Shown here piece after piece: positions 26,049 to 36,999 of a stretch of DNA of 64,000 nucleotides. This DNA comes from Scyliorhinus canicula (lineage: Eukaryota). Within the stretch, counting starts at the first letter, position 1, and each line of letters begins with the position of its first letter. The notes beneath the pieces were generated by a model, which did no database searches, had not been told where the DNA came from, and worked only from the letters and a program-made list of their open reading frames with translations. A program made the position numbers and the translations under genes. Where the stretch lies: contig NW_024055492.1 of NCBI RefSeq assembly GCF_902713615.1, positions 186,001-250,000 of the forward strand, written 5' to 3'.

Positions 26049-26930
26049 TATTAAATGCTTTTTATTCGTTCATGGGAAGTGGATGTCGCTGGCTGATCCT
26101 GCAGTTCTTACCCATCCCTGAGGGCATTTAAGAGTCAACGACATTGCTGTGGAGTCATCTGGAGTCATATGTAGGTCAGACTAGTTAAGGGCGACAGATG
26201 TCCTTCCCTGAAGGACATCAGTGAGCCAGATGCGGATTGATTCCACAGAACAATGGTTTCTTGGTCATCATTATACTTTTAATTCCAGATCTTTCTTGAT
26301 TCACATTTCACCACCTGCCGTGGTGGGAGCCCGGGTCCCCAGAGCTTGACTCTGGGTCTCTGGATTACGAGTCCAGCGACAATACCACTGCGCCACTGCC
26401 TTGTGTGTGGAAAGGGGCACTAACTTGTGTTTGGAAGAATATATTTTGTCGAGTCAATAACTATTAGCTGTTACGGAATTTTGTTGCAAAGGCAAATACA
26501 TAATTAAAACTCCTGAGGATCTGTTCTCATCTCTTTGTTTCAGACTACACCTAGATTAATTAATGTCTCTGTTTTCTACTCTCAGACTTAATTCACTTAC
26601 AGAAGCACAATAAATAACTATTTGGTGTTGAGTGATTGGTCTGGTAATGGATGTGTAATATTTTGCTGAAGGATCGGAGTGAATCTTGTGCCATTCACTT
26701 CATCACCAGACTGAGGAACAGGAATAAAGGAGCCATATTGAAAATCACATTACACAACACAGTCACAAACTCCATTGTGGTAGACATGCCTAATTCAGCC
26801 TTGTGTTCATCTGTGGCAATTATCCACTGTTTCCTTTCATTGTCCGAATTGTCTTTCACACTTTTTGCTGAATGGATTTCTGTTTGCTTTTGGTGTGGCC
26901 ACTGATTGTGAGAGGCAAAGTTCTGAAACT

Positions 26931-26975
26931 GTCTGTGTGTGTATGTGTGTGTGTCTGTGTGTGGATATGTGTGTG
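26931..26975. repeat. Imperfect (TG)n microsatellite
   Basis: gtctgtgtgtgtatgtgtgtgtgtctgtgtgtggatatgtgtgtg. Confidence 0.9.
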
Positions 26976-27429
26976 CCTGTATGTCTATAAGGGCCGGTTG
27001 GTCTGGAACACATCATTATTCATTGTTTGCAAAATGGCGTTGCCAATAATTGCAATTATTTTTCAGCACATGCCGACATTTTATTGAGATTACCTTCCAT
27101 ATCCTATGCTGCACTCAATATTTACAGGTCTTGAGTGACTTAGACAGTAATATCAAGCTGTCCATTCCATTGAAAAGGCAAATATATCTTTCAAATTACT
27201 TACATATCGGTTCACCTCGCTTTCTCTGTCTCAGGCTGCACCTAAATCAGTTGAACCCGCTTCTCTCTCTGACACGTAACTCACTTACACAGGCACACAG
27301 CAGCCGGGTCAGGCACCTAGTGTTTAAATATGTTTTGTTGAAGGCACTTCATGTCTACAAAAAATTAAGCACTAAAACGTCATCAGAGGAAAATTCTGTG
27401 CCAGAAAGGCACCAGGTCATTCACTTAAC

Positions 27430-27590
27430 CGCTCTCTCTCCTCCACTCTCTCTCCCCCCCCCTCTCTCTGTCCCCCCTCTCTCTCTCCATCCCCCTCTAT
27501 CTCTCTCCCTGTCCCCCCTCTCTCTCTCTCCCCCCGCCATTCTTTCTCTCTCCCTCTCTTTCTGTCTAGATCTCGCTCTCTCGCTCTCAG
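27430..27590. repeat. CT-rich polypyrimidine tract
   Basis: (CT)n/(C)n low-complexity sequence. Confidence 0.9.
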
Positions 27591-29461
27591 ACATCAAGTG
27601 ACTTCAAACTTCCTACTTTAGTAGAAAGTTAACAGATTGTTGTTTTAATTTCCCTTCATCTCTCCATATTATTATTATTATGTGACCAGTGAAGATCATC
27701 TGTGCACCTCCCGATCGGTTACTGTGTTTCCAAACACATAATCCAACTTTTTCAAGGGAATGGGAATGGAGGTGAATGTAATGCTGAGGCCGGCAGCAAT
27801 CTGTGTGGGTGTTCTTGATGCTGTCAGAGTGAGTTCACCCTCACGGGCAGGACGCCTGTTCACGGTGATAACATGAAACTGACGCCTGCTGTTTCATTCT
27901 CAGGTAACACAACTTCCTGTTTCTCTGCTGCCGGTTCCAAACCGCACATCTCACTTCTGAGCAGAAAATAAATCCAGGGACCACAATCTGGTGAGAACAT
28001 CTGTTAATGCGGCTTATATCTGCCCATAGAGTCAGTGCAGACTCACACTGATCATATTGCGGTGACATTTACAAATGAACCTGTTGTGATCTGTTCAAAA
28101 CTTCCATTCCAGGACATAACTGGATGGTCAGTGGATCAGTCACTGAGTTTCCCCGGTTCTCTGAAACCAGGAAATTATATCTTTCTCCCTTTCACTATTT
28201 TATCATACTCCCTCTCCCTGTGTAATTTATTTTGATTGTTTGTCAGCTTTTATCTCTCAACAAAGTGTATTTCTATCTCCTCTTCAAATGTCTTCGCTCA
28301 GTTTTAATCTGTATCAAGTTAGATGGTTCAACTATAATCATTGTCCAGGCACCTTTTCTGTATCTACCCTTGTCCTTAATTGAGCCCGACTAAAATGCAA
28401 TCATTATCCAGCTTTGCCCGCGTGCTCATCCTATCTTTTGACAGAGGCTGGGTGTATGTCGATAATTGTCAGGAATATTTCAGAGGTTCATCGCTGTTTA
28501 CAATCCATTCTGTGAAAAAAGTAATACTGGATAGAACCGGCTTCGAAAAAGCATGATTATCTTTTGTGGCACTAATTCTTCCTTTGATGAGGTTTTGACT
28601 TTTGAAGTTTGACTCCCAATTTGATGATTTAAACATCAGCCTCCGTAAACTGCCGTATCCGGCTCATGTATGTCTGTGTAGATGAAGAACTGTGGTTAAG
28701 AATAAGAAACTGATGTTTTCAGTTCCTCTGCCAGATGCACCATTATCTCTCAGATATCAGAAAACTCTGTCATCCACCATGATTGTCCTCATATTGGGTC
28801 TCTCATAAATGTTTCCAATCCCTTTTATTGCACGGCAGACTGGACTCAGGCCCGCATCTTTGCTTTCATACAGATTCACTTCCTAATCAAATTAGGCCCC
28901 ATGCCTCCCTCATATTAAGAACAGTCTCTGTTATTGATAAACTGGAGCCTGTCCCTGTGATTATTATTATACCAGACCCCAGTCTGACCCCGGACCTGAC
29001 CCCTAACTCCATGAACTGATTAACTTATTGTGTCATTGTATTTACATTCAATTCCACTGTCAGCTCGGTAAGATTTGAATACAGGGCCTCAGTGAGTTAG
29101 GTTGAGAATCTCAATAACTAGCCCAGTGATATTACCGTTACCATGCTACCGTCTTTTTAAGCAGAGTCAGAGGTTGCTTTCAGTGCAGAAGAAGGTCGTA
29201 CAGCACGGCATGTATTTGCCTTCCGACTAAAGGGGTGATTTATGCAATGGCACCCTTTTCTCCGTAGCCTAGCATTGATTTTCCTTTTGAGATAATAATG
29301 CAATTCCCCTTTGTCAGCATCAATTGACCAGGCCACCGCCACACAGTCAAACAGTCCAGTCCACATCTTTACCACTCACTGGGTGAAAACGTTTCTCTCA
29401 TGTCCCCATGATTTTTTTCCCAATTCCTTTCAACCTGTGTCCTCTGGTACACGATCGTCCC

Positions 29462-29763
29462 ACTAATAATAATAATCTTTATTGTCACAAGTAGTTAACA
29501 CTGCAATGAAGTTACTGTAAAACTCCCCTAGTCGCCACAATCCAGCGCCTGTTCGGGTACACAGAGAGAGAATTCCAATGTCCAATTCACCTAACAGCAC
29601 GTCTTTCGTGACTTGTGGGAGGAAACAGGAGCACCCGGAGGAAGCCCATGCAGACACGGTGAGAACGTGTAGACCCAGCAACAAACAGTGACCCCAAGCC
29701 GGGAATCGAACCTGGGATCCTGGCGCTATGAAGCAACAGTGCTAACCACTGTGCTCCGGCGCC
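29462..29763 (-). mobile_element. HE1-related SINE with alternative tail
   Basis: Minus strand head ggcggcgccggagcacagtggttagc, V-SINE core, gaacaggcgc…attattatt tail. Confidence 0.8.
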
Positions 29764-30109
29764 GCCGAATGAGATCACTTGCTCCATATCTACTCTGTCT
29801 CGAAATCTCATGATTTCGAATACCTCTGCCAGATGGCTTCTCAACCTGTTCGTCAAGGTAAACAGTCGCAATGTCTCCAATCTCTCTTGGTCACTGAAGT
29901 TGCTCATCTCTGGAATCATTTGCGTGAATATTTTCTGCATACATCTTTATGACTTCACATCTTCCCCCACGTGTGTTGCCCACAATCATTCAGTTCAGTC
30001 CGAATCAGTATTTAACATTGGTGTCCATTCTGTTGACTTCATATACTATGGGAATATAGTTAAACGGGTATATTGGAATCCTCTGTATGCTATTCATAGG
30101 CGATATGCT

Positions 30110-30760
30110 CAAGTGAATGAAGTAATGGCTCGGTAGGGAGGAGTATAAACTCAGAGGATTATAAACAAGGGAGAGGTTTACTGCAGTAATAACTGAAACA
30201 GAAGGAGGGCCCATCGTTATACAGCAGACATGCAGATTGTAAGGTAAACAGGAGCCTGGCGTAGTGCCAGTAAAAACTGCGGCAGTCCCAGTGGAATAGA
30301 TACCAAGATACCTGATAATGTAAGAATAAATAAGAAGAGTGTTAGAACTGTACAAAAATAATTCAAGCAAACCCGAGTCTAATATAAAGATAAAGGTGGT
30401 GTTTTACACAATTGTTTGGGGTAGAGTTTATCATGATATAAACTGCATAGGATACAAGGTTCAGTAGAGCAATAGCTGAAATATTTCCTTGCACATTATA
30501 AACAGAGGCATAAAATATTGTATTGACAACTGAATCAATGGATAGTGTAATATAACCAAATGATTTACCCAATGCATTAAAATGAAACAGGGTCCAGTGT
30601 AAATTACCGGGAGGCAGGAAACGTCCACAATAAACAGTGACACTGTTTTGTGTAGTGGGAGCAAACACAGAGTGCAGAGTAATATTAACACAGGCCGGGC
30701 GTTGCCCAGCAATTCATAAGGATTGTACAGTGAAATATAAGCAGAGACGGGATTTGTTAT
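30110..30760 (-). repeat. Degenerate 54-bp minisatellite, reverse orientation
   Basis: gcagtaataactgaaacag / aaatgaaacagggtccagtgtaaattac, the reverse complement of the 23160-23520 unit. Confidence 0.55.
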
Positions 30761-32362
30761 AATACAAACATGGAAATGATTAATTTCAGTAACTTGTTCG
30801 GCGATCACTCGCTAGCAGGTATGTTTGTCCACCTATGCAACTCTGTGCAGGTCATGGGTTCTGTGAGTACAAGACAGTATGAAGCAGGCTCGAATGTAAC
30901 ACAAACAGAGATCAGTGGGGTAATAACTGAGACTGATTGAAATGTGAAATGTACCTCCGGAAAATGTCGATTTTGTGATGTGAATGGATTTCAACTTCTC
31001 ATGAGCTTCTCTCAAATGTGATTGTAAAGTTGTTGACAAATTGGGTATCAACATTTATTGGAGTCAGGGAAACCTGTATTTATTTTACATGTGCGCTTTC
31101 GAATGTGACAAGGTAAATAAGTTGAACAATCCAAGTAGGTTCTAGGAGAGCTGGGAGATTTGAAATCACTGAGATTCTTTCACAAGTCCTCGGGCAGCAT
31201 GATTGTGATAACCTCCAGGAACATTAGCTTGGCAGTTATTGGCTGATTCAATGTATGTCCTGCAGAATACTGGCAAAGATTGGCATTTCCAGGCAGAAGT
31301 TGAACAGTGGTTCCTGGGATTTGCTGCCACCTTGTGGTAGATGTTAGAGATTCCTCCACCAATACTTTATTCGTGGGCAGAGAATTATCGTTTACGAGTT
31401 TCATTTACAATACATTTTGAAGGGAAAATGATTGTGGTAATTAGTAGTTACATTTAGTGCATGACAAGGCACAGTAAACCAGTCAGATTGCAGAGAACTT
31501 TGCGAGCAATGGTAATACATAATGTTTGATCAGAGCACACAGGTTGGAAGTGGTGCAGCGTCGATCTGAAAGAAGTCTCCAGCTGCAATGAATATCCCAG
31601 TCTTTCTCTTGCACTTGTAAGGATGACGAAACATCACCTCTGCCCCTAAGTCGTGAATGTCCTTGATATTTCTTCACTGCCTGAAACTCGCATTATTCAC
31701 ATTCTGAGATGTCGTATCCGTTAAGTTTTAGTCGCTCTATTCTAGCCTTTGCGCACTGTCCTTTCCAGGGTTTGTAACTCACTACAGCAATCTTTCTAAC
31801 ATTTTCGCAATCAAGCTTCTGTATTCAGTCAGTTCCTGACCATTTGTTCCAATGCTTGGAACGCAGCAGGCATGTCTTTCCTTAATTATACATTGTTCAT
31901 AAGATCAAATCAGGCCCTGAAAGTAAACTCTAAGGACTTGTTTACGCTGCAGATTCTTAGCTTTAAGAGATATTAATATTGCGAAATGCTCAGTCAGACT
32001 ATTAACATTATTAGGGTTTTTCTCGCCTGGGTCCATCAGTCTGATATATGATGATATTGTAAACCAATAATGATTTGTGTATTTTCCACGAGTTCATTGT
32101 GATTCGGCGATTTAAACAGTTCCCCAGGCCACCGGCTGGTTTTTGCATTCTCAATGACAGTGTCAAGTTCACTGATATACCGAAATAAACGCCAGCCAAT
32201 TCTGCCCTCCCAGTGTTACTGTATTAATTGGGCGGAATCTATATTCGATGTGAACTATATTAAATGTTGTTTCTGTGGCTTGTGCTCGCGGTCTCCCAGC
32301 ACAGGAAAGGATTCACGTGTCAGCCCCAAACAGACAGCAGCTGTGACCCAGAAAGCAGCGGC

Positions 32363-32401
32363 AGTTTTTGTCCGAGGATCTCACTCGTTGCCATCACTGT
32401 G
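32363..32401 (-). promoter_or_regulatory. 23-RSS of V1
   Basis: Minus strand: CACAGTG (32401-32395), 23-bp spacer, ACAAAAACT (32371-32363). Confidence 0.95.
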
Positions 32402-33438
32402 AGACGCTGTGCACAGTAATAGACCGCGCTGTCAGACAGCCGCAGCTCCGAGATGGTCAATCGGTACAACTTCTCTGATTGTTGGAGGGTAACGGAAAAC
32501 CGTTCCTGAGCGAAATCCGCTTTCACTGGATCACCTCCGCTCTCGTATATCTGGACAGCAAACTCTGGCTCTCTATCTGGGTACTGACGGTACCAGATTA
32601 AATAATAAGCATCGTCGGTATAGGTGCAGGTTAAAGTGACATCTTCTCCCTCTGTCTGTGTGAGTGAGGATTCCCGCTGAGTAACAGAGTCTCCATCGCT
32701 CAGACCTGCAACACACGATTATAGAAATATTAGTCATCGATTAAACGTTACACTAAACTCAACCGACGGTCAAAATCTGCAATCAGAGTTATATAAAAAT
32801 AAATAGAAGTGAGAATGTAAGATAGTAATTCGACCTCACTGGCTATATCAGTGTTAACCACCCCCTCCCTCTCCATCTCACTCTCTCAGCAAATTAACCC
32901 ATTATTTTATTCACCTTCTGTTTCTCTACATTGCTCCAATGCATCAATACCATTTTCCTCAACTGTTCCATGTGGTAGTGAATTCCACGTTCAAACCGCT
33001 CTTTGTGTGACGAGGTTTCTGCTGAATTCCCCATTAGATATTTTAATGACGTTTGTTGTAACTCACAGTTTTGGAATTCTCCATAAGGGCAAACACCTTC
33101 TTGTATTTCCCATCGAACTCCGTCATTACAACGAGATCTATTACATTACCCTTCGGAATACCGTTTAATAGAGAACAGTACCCGAGTTGTAGCGTTATAT
33201 GACAATATGCCGCACTTATGAAATTATTATTCTGTGTGGTATTCTGTGCCCTATATTCATCTTGTAAAATACATACAATAAACGCTTAATACAAACCAAG
33301 GCCGAATCCAGGTACAAGTTTAGCATGTATTCCCTGGCTTTCCAATGTATCCCTCCTGAATTTAAACATTTGTAAAGTTTCAAACTTCTTACCTGCAATG
33401 ACTATCACCCAGGCCAGAGCGAGAGTGGGGAACCGCAT
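32402..33438 (-). CDS. TRAV/DV: T-cell receptor alpha/delta variable segment V1 (germline, open frame, inverted)
   Basis: Leader exon 33438-33393 (MRFPTLALAWVIVIA+G, GTAAG donor), 687-bp intron, V exon 32705-32402: LSDGDSVTQRESSLTQTEGEDVTLTCTYTDDAYYLIWYRQYPDREPEFAVQIYESGGDPVKADFAQERFSVTLQQSEKLYRLTISELRLSDSAVYYCAQR. Both Cys, WYRQ and the RSS are present. Alpha versus delta usage cannot be decided from sequence. Confidence 0.93.
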
Positions 33439-33527
33439 CGCTGCTTCTCAGAAAATGTAGGGACTTTTTTGTATCCCACAGAGCAGCAGAATATCTAACA
33501 AGAACAGGCCATTGGTTGAGGGTGGCC

Positions 33528-33598
33528 TGATGTCACTTTCTTCACAACATTCCATAGGCAGAGCTGAGACCGCTGGGTCTGATTGGTCTGATGTCAAT
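33528..33598 (-). promoter_or_regulatory. V1 promoter: CRE-like TCR-V decamer, twice
   Basis: Minus strand AGTGACATCA at 33537-33528 (~90 bp upstream of the ATG) and ATTGACATCA at 33598-33589. Each has a nearby CCAAT. Confidence 0.65.
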
Positions 33599-33867
33599 CT
33601 GCAACCACAACTCCGTTCGCTGCAGGCCAAGGAGACATTAACCTGACATTGTGCAGATTAGAGAGAATGAGGAGACCATGTAAACAATGTGATCCTTGAT
33701 CGATCGAGCGACGGATTGATCGCTACTTGATCTGAGAGGCGATTCAGAATTGGTCCGAGTGATCGTTTGCTATGTAATTGATCTGAAATAGCTCGTCTCG
33801 AATTAATAAATATTGAATGCAGATAGAAATGTTCAGTTTATTTCATCCGCTATCGTTAATAAGAATA

Positions 33868-34075
33868 CAGCAAGAAGTCTTACAACACCAGGTTAAAGTC
33901 CAACAGGTTTGTTTCGAATCACTAGCTATCGGAGCGCTGCACCTTCCTCAAATTCACCTGAGGAAGGAGCAGTGCTCTGAAAGCTAGCGATCCGAAACAA
34001 ACCTGTTGGAGTTTAACCTGGTTTTGTAAGATTTCTTGTTGTGTTCACCCCAGTCCAACGCCGGAAACTCCACAT
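33868..34075. mobile_element. Penelope-derived fold-back element, second copy
   Basis: Same inverted arms as 9686-9890 (aagtcttacaacaccaggttaaagtccaacaggtttgttt… / …aaacaaacctgttggagtttaacctgg). Confidence 0.85.
33955..33989 (+). ncRNA. Minimal type I hammerhead ribozyme motif
   Basis: CAC-CTGAGGA-A-GGAGC.AGT.GCTCT-GAAA-G-CT-A-GCG. The core is intact, with a G.U pair at the base of stem II and one mismatch in stem I. Confidence 0.55.
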
Positions 34076-34689
34076 CACAGCCACCATCGACACGGTTCAT
34101 AAGAGTGAACTTGTTGATGGTGGGACTGGGGAGGGAGGCGATATAGCATTGAAAAGACACTGAGGTTTCAGCAGCTCAACGGGAATTTCCTGTCTATTTA
34201 CATATCTCTAAAGAACAACTGGGGATCATGCTCACTATCAAGTGATCAGAGAGCTCCCTCCGCTGTACAGCACAAACCTCACGGATAACATTGGAAATCC
34301 GCACAGACACTCAGCAAATGAACACACAGGGACACACACGCCTTCACAGACAGGTAGACACAGTCGATGGCCATGCCAAATTCTTTTTAAACTGGTCAAA
34401 TAACCGAAACTGTGAGAGAACAATTTACCTTGCATTGCCACTGGAGGCTCAGTCATCATGTTTCTGTGTTCTCTGCGCAGAACAATTTAAAGTCATAAAG
34501 TATTGATGGATGTGGATGCAGTTTAGATTGTCCTTTCAGAATGCCCCAGCGGCTACAATTAGCCCCAGTTGTTGAGTAGGAAACTCCAGTTTTTTTGATT
34601 CTCTCACGTTTTGCGAGGATTGGTCCAACTATCCTTCAATTTCTGTGTGACCAACGATTAGTTGATGAAGTCCTAACAGATGCTGATTA

Positions 34690-35670
34690 GGGGGAACTAG
34701 TTAGAGCCGGGAAGATGAGGGGAGTTTCGGACATGGAAGAGAGGGGGATCAGGTATAAAAGTGTGTTCCCAGGGGAAGTTGCGCAGTGGAGGAGTTGGGG
34801 AGAAGATCGGATGGCACAGAGAAGAGTTTTGGTATCTGTGAGTGCGAGACTTTGTAAGTCAGGAGTTTCCGATCTTCCCGATAGCGCCAGCACACTCGTT
34901 GTTGGAGGACGGGGTGGGAGAAGGAGGTTGAGTCGGCGATTTATGGGAAGATTTTGGAGGAAAGTAGGGTATCCATGGAAGAAATTAAGTACAAGTGGGA
35001 AGAAGAGCTGGGGGAGGTAATGGAAGGTTTGTGGTGTGAGAGTGAATGCCCCAACCTCATGAGCTTGGGGTGGTACAAGTGAAGGTCATGTATAGGGTGC
35101 ACCTCAACAAAGATAAGGATGAGCCGACTCTTTGAAGGGGTGGACGATGTTTGCGTGCGCTATGGGAGGGGCCCAGCAAAGCATGAACATATACTTTGGT
35201 CCTGCCCAAACTAGAGAGGTATTGGAGGGACTGTTTAACATCATCTCGGGTGTGTAACATGTGGATTTGGAGCCGGGTCCCCTAGAGGTCATTTTCGGTA
35301 TGTTGGACCGGCCCGAGCTTCAGATGGGTGTTGGGGCAGATGTGTTCGCCTTCGCCTCGCTGATTTCTCGGAGGTGGGTCCTGCTGGGGTGGAGTCGGCT
35401 ATCCACTCTGTGCCTCGCGTGCGGGGGGACTATGTAATCTGACCAGGAGAAGGTGAAATTGAGTAAGAGTCTACAGTTCAGTGGTGTTTTATCTGCACTT
35501 CGGAACGGTTGGCATTGATCACATGGGGGAGTGAGTTGGTTCTTATTTCTGTTTTGTAAACGATTTGGAATTGGGAGCGATGTTGCAGACTGTATATTGC
35601 AGTTTTTGTGGTTCTTGTTGTTTGTGTTTTATGATTGAAATGTGAAATGTGGTGAATAAGGGTTTGGAAA
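34690..35670 (+). mobile_element. L1/Tx1-type LINE 3' fragment (ORF2 C-terminus and 3' UTR)
   Basis: FEGVDDVCVRYGRGPAKHEHILWSCP (degenerate zinc knuckle), IKYKWEEELG, and a T/G-rich 3' UTR. Confidence 0.75.
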
Positions 35671-36999
35671 AAGGCAATCCATTCAGTACTAGTCCGGATA
35701 TATGGAGAATCGTGTTCACACTGGATCTCCACCGATCTCGCTCTAATCCTATCTTGTCGAACTTGATGAGCCGCCATTCACCGCGGAGGGAGCTGACGGC
35801 TGAGTGGTAGACTAGGGACATTCTTGCCCCCGTTACTCTCACGCAACAATATTTTTAGCATATATCTAAATTCCGGATCTCCGCACAAAATAAGGTTTCT
35901 GGTAAAGTGGTAGCGACCGAACGTCGGCTCAGAACTCCGAGTTAAGGTCTACTCAGGACATGGTGGCCACAGAAGTCACTTTCAAACGTGACGAACAGTG
36001 AACCAGCCTAAACTTCCAATTACCTGAGGACAGGTGATACTGCGGGAGAGTTCGTACATCATAGTGCTGAACAGAACGGCACACCTGCAGCCTTGTCCAA
36101 GCGTCATGGCAAAATGAGGGAGTTATGCTCACTAACACCCCTAGGAGTGACCTCAATAACGCATCCATCAATATCACGGGAAATGGGAATAACAAGGGGA
36201 GCACAAGTTCGAAACATATAATTTTCGCTTATTATCGAGGAAAGTGAGATTCTCTCTTTACGGCATCGTGCGAGGATCGAAATTGGAATGTGAGAAGGAG
36301 AAATCAAAGAATGGACAATAACGTGCGAATCACAGCCCAAAGGTCCGAAAATGAACAAGATATATTCCGGAATTACGGAGAAGCATTTTCCTCGCTCATG
36401 ATATTCTCTTGATCATTTCGAGCGAATGTGCGAACAGCTCCAATAAAAGCGTGGGACTGCGAATGAAGAGCGTAACTTAATGATGTTGAGGACCCAATAA
36501 ATTCCCGGCTCACCGGCAGATGGCGCAGGTTACATGTTTGATGTGACAACGGGAATGATCGAGGGAACATTGGGCACCATGCTATTGCAGCGGCTTTTTG
36601 CGGGGTTGGTGTTGGGAGGATTTGTATGCTTGATCCAACTGAAATTCCCGAAGCATGGTTAAGCTCAGGTGAAGAAAACGAAAAAACATCACTATCGCAG
36701 ACCGTTCCCTTCCATCAAATCCTCCTGACTGAGGACCCGCTATTATCCGTTGGCAATGATCAATAACCCTCATTTTTTTGTTTCAATTTCCACACCGGCA
36801 AGTGGTGAAATTAATCCATAAATTTTGGAATTAATCTGTGATGACAAAACCATGGTCGATTGCGAAAAAAAACAGCTTGTTGATTTATGTCCTTTAGGGA
36901 AGGAAATTTGCCGTTATTTCCTGGTCTGGCCTACATGTGCCTCCAGTCCAACAGCAACATGGTTGACTCTTAGCTGCCTTGTCAAATGGCCTAGCAAGC

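Noticed and set aside
25613-26131. 172-aa ORF.
   Set aside because: It is open only because it spans N gaps.
27050-27601. 183-aa ORF with a Pro/Leu/Ser-rich end.
   Set aside because: The end is the CT microsatellite, and there is no domain or splice support.
27873-28200. Possible decayed V: short leader-like ATG…CAG|GTAA (27873-27903), CACACTG at 28044 with a weak nonamer, and a GWSVDQS…LKPG peptide.
   Set aside because: The pieces are in the wrong order and phase, there is no recognisable Cys/Trp framework, and the nonamer is only 6/9.
35920-36010. Minus-strand ctggttcactgt..tcacgtttga resembles TM3 of the GPCR (55255-55280).
   Set aside because: The match is ~20 nt and the flanks do not align, so there is no evidence for a second GPCR pseudogene.
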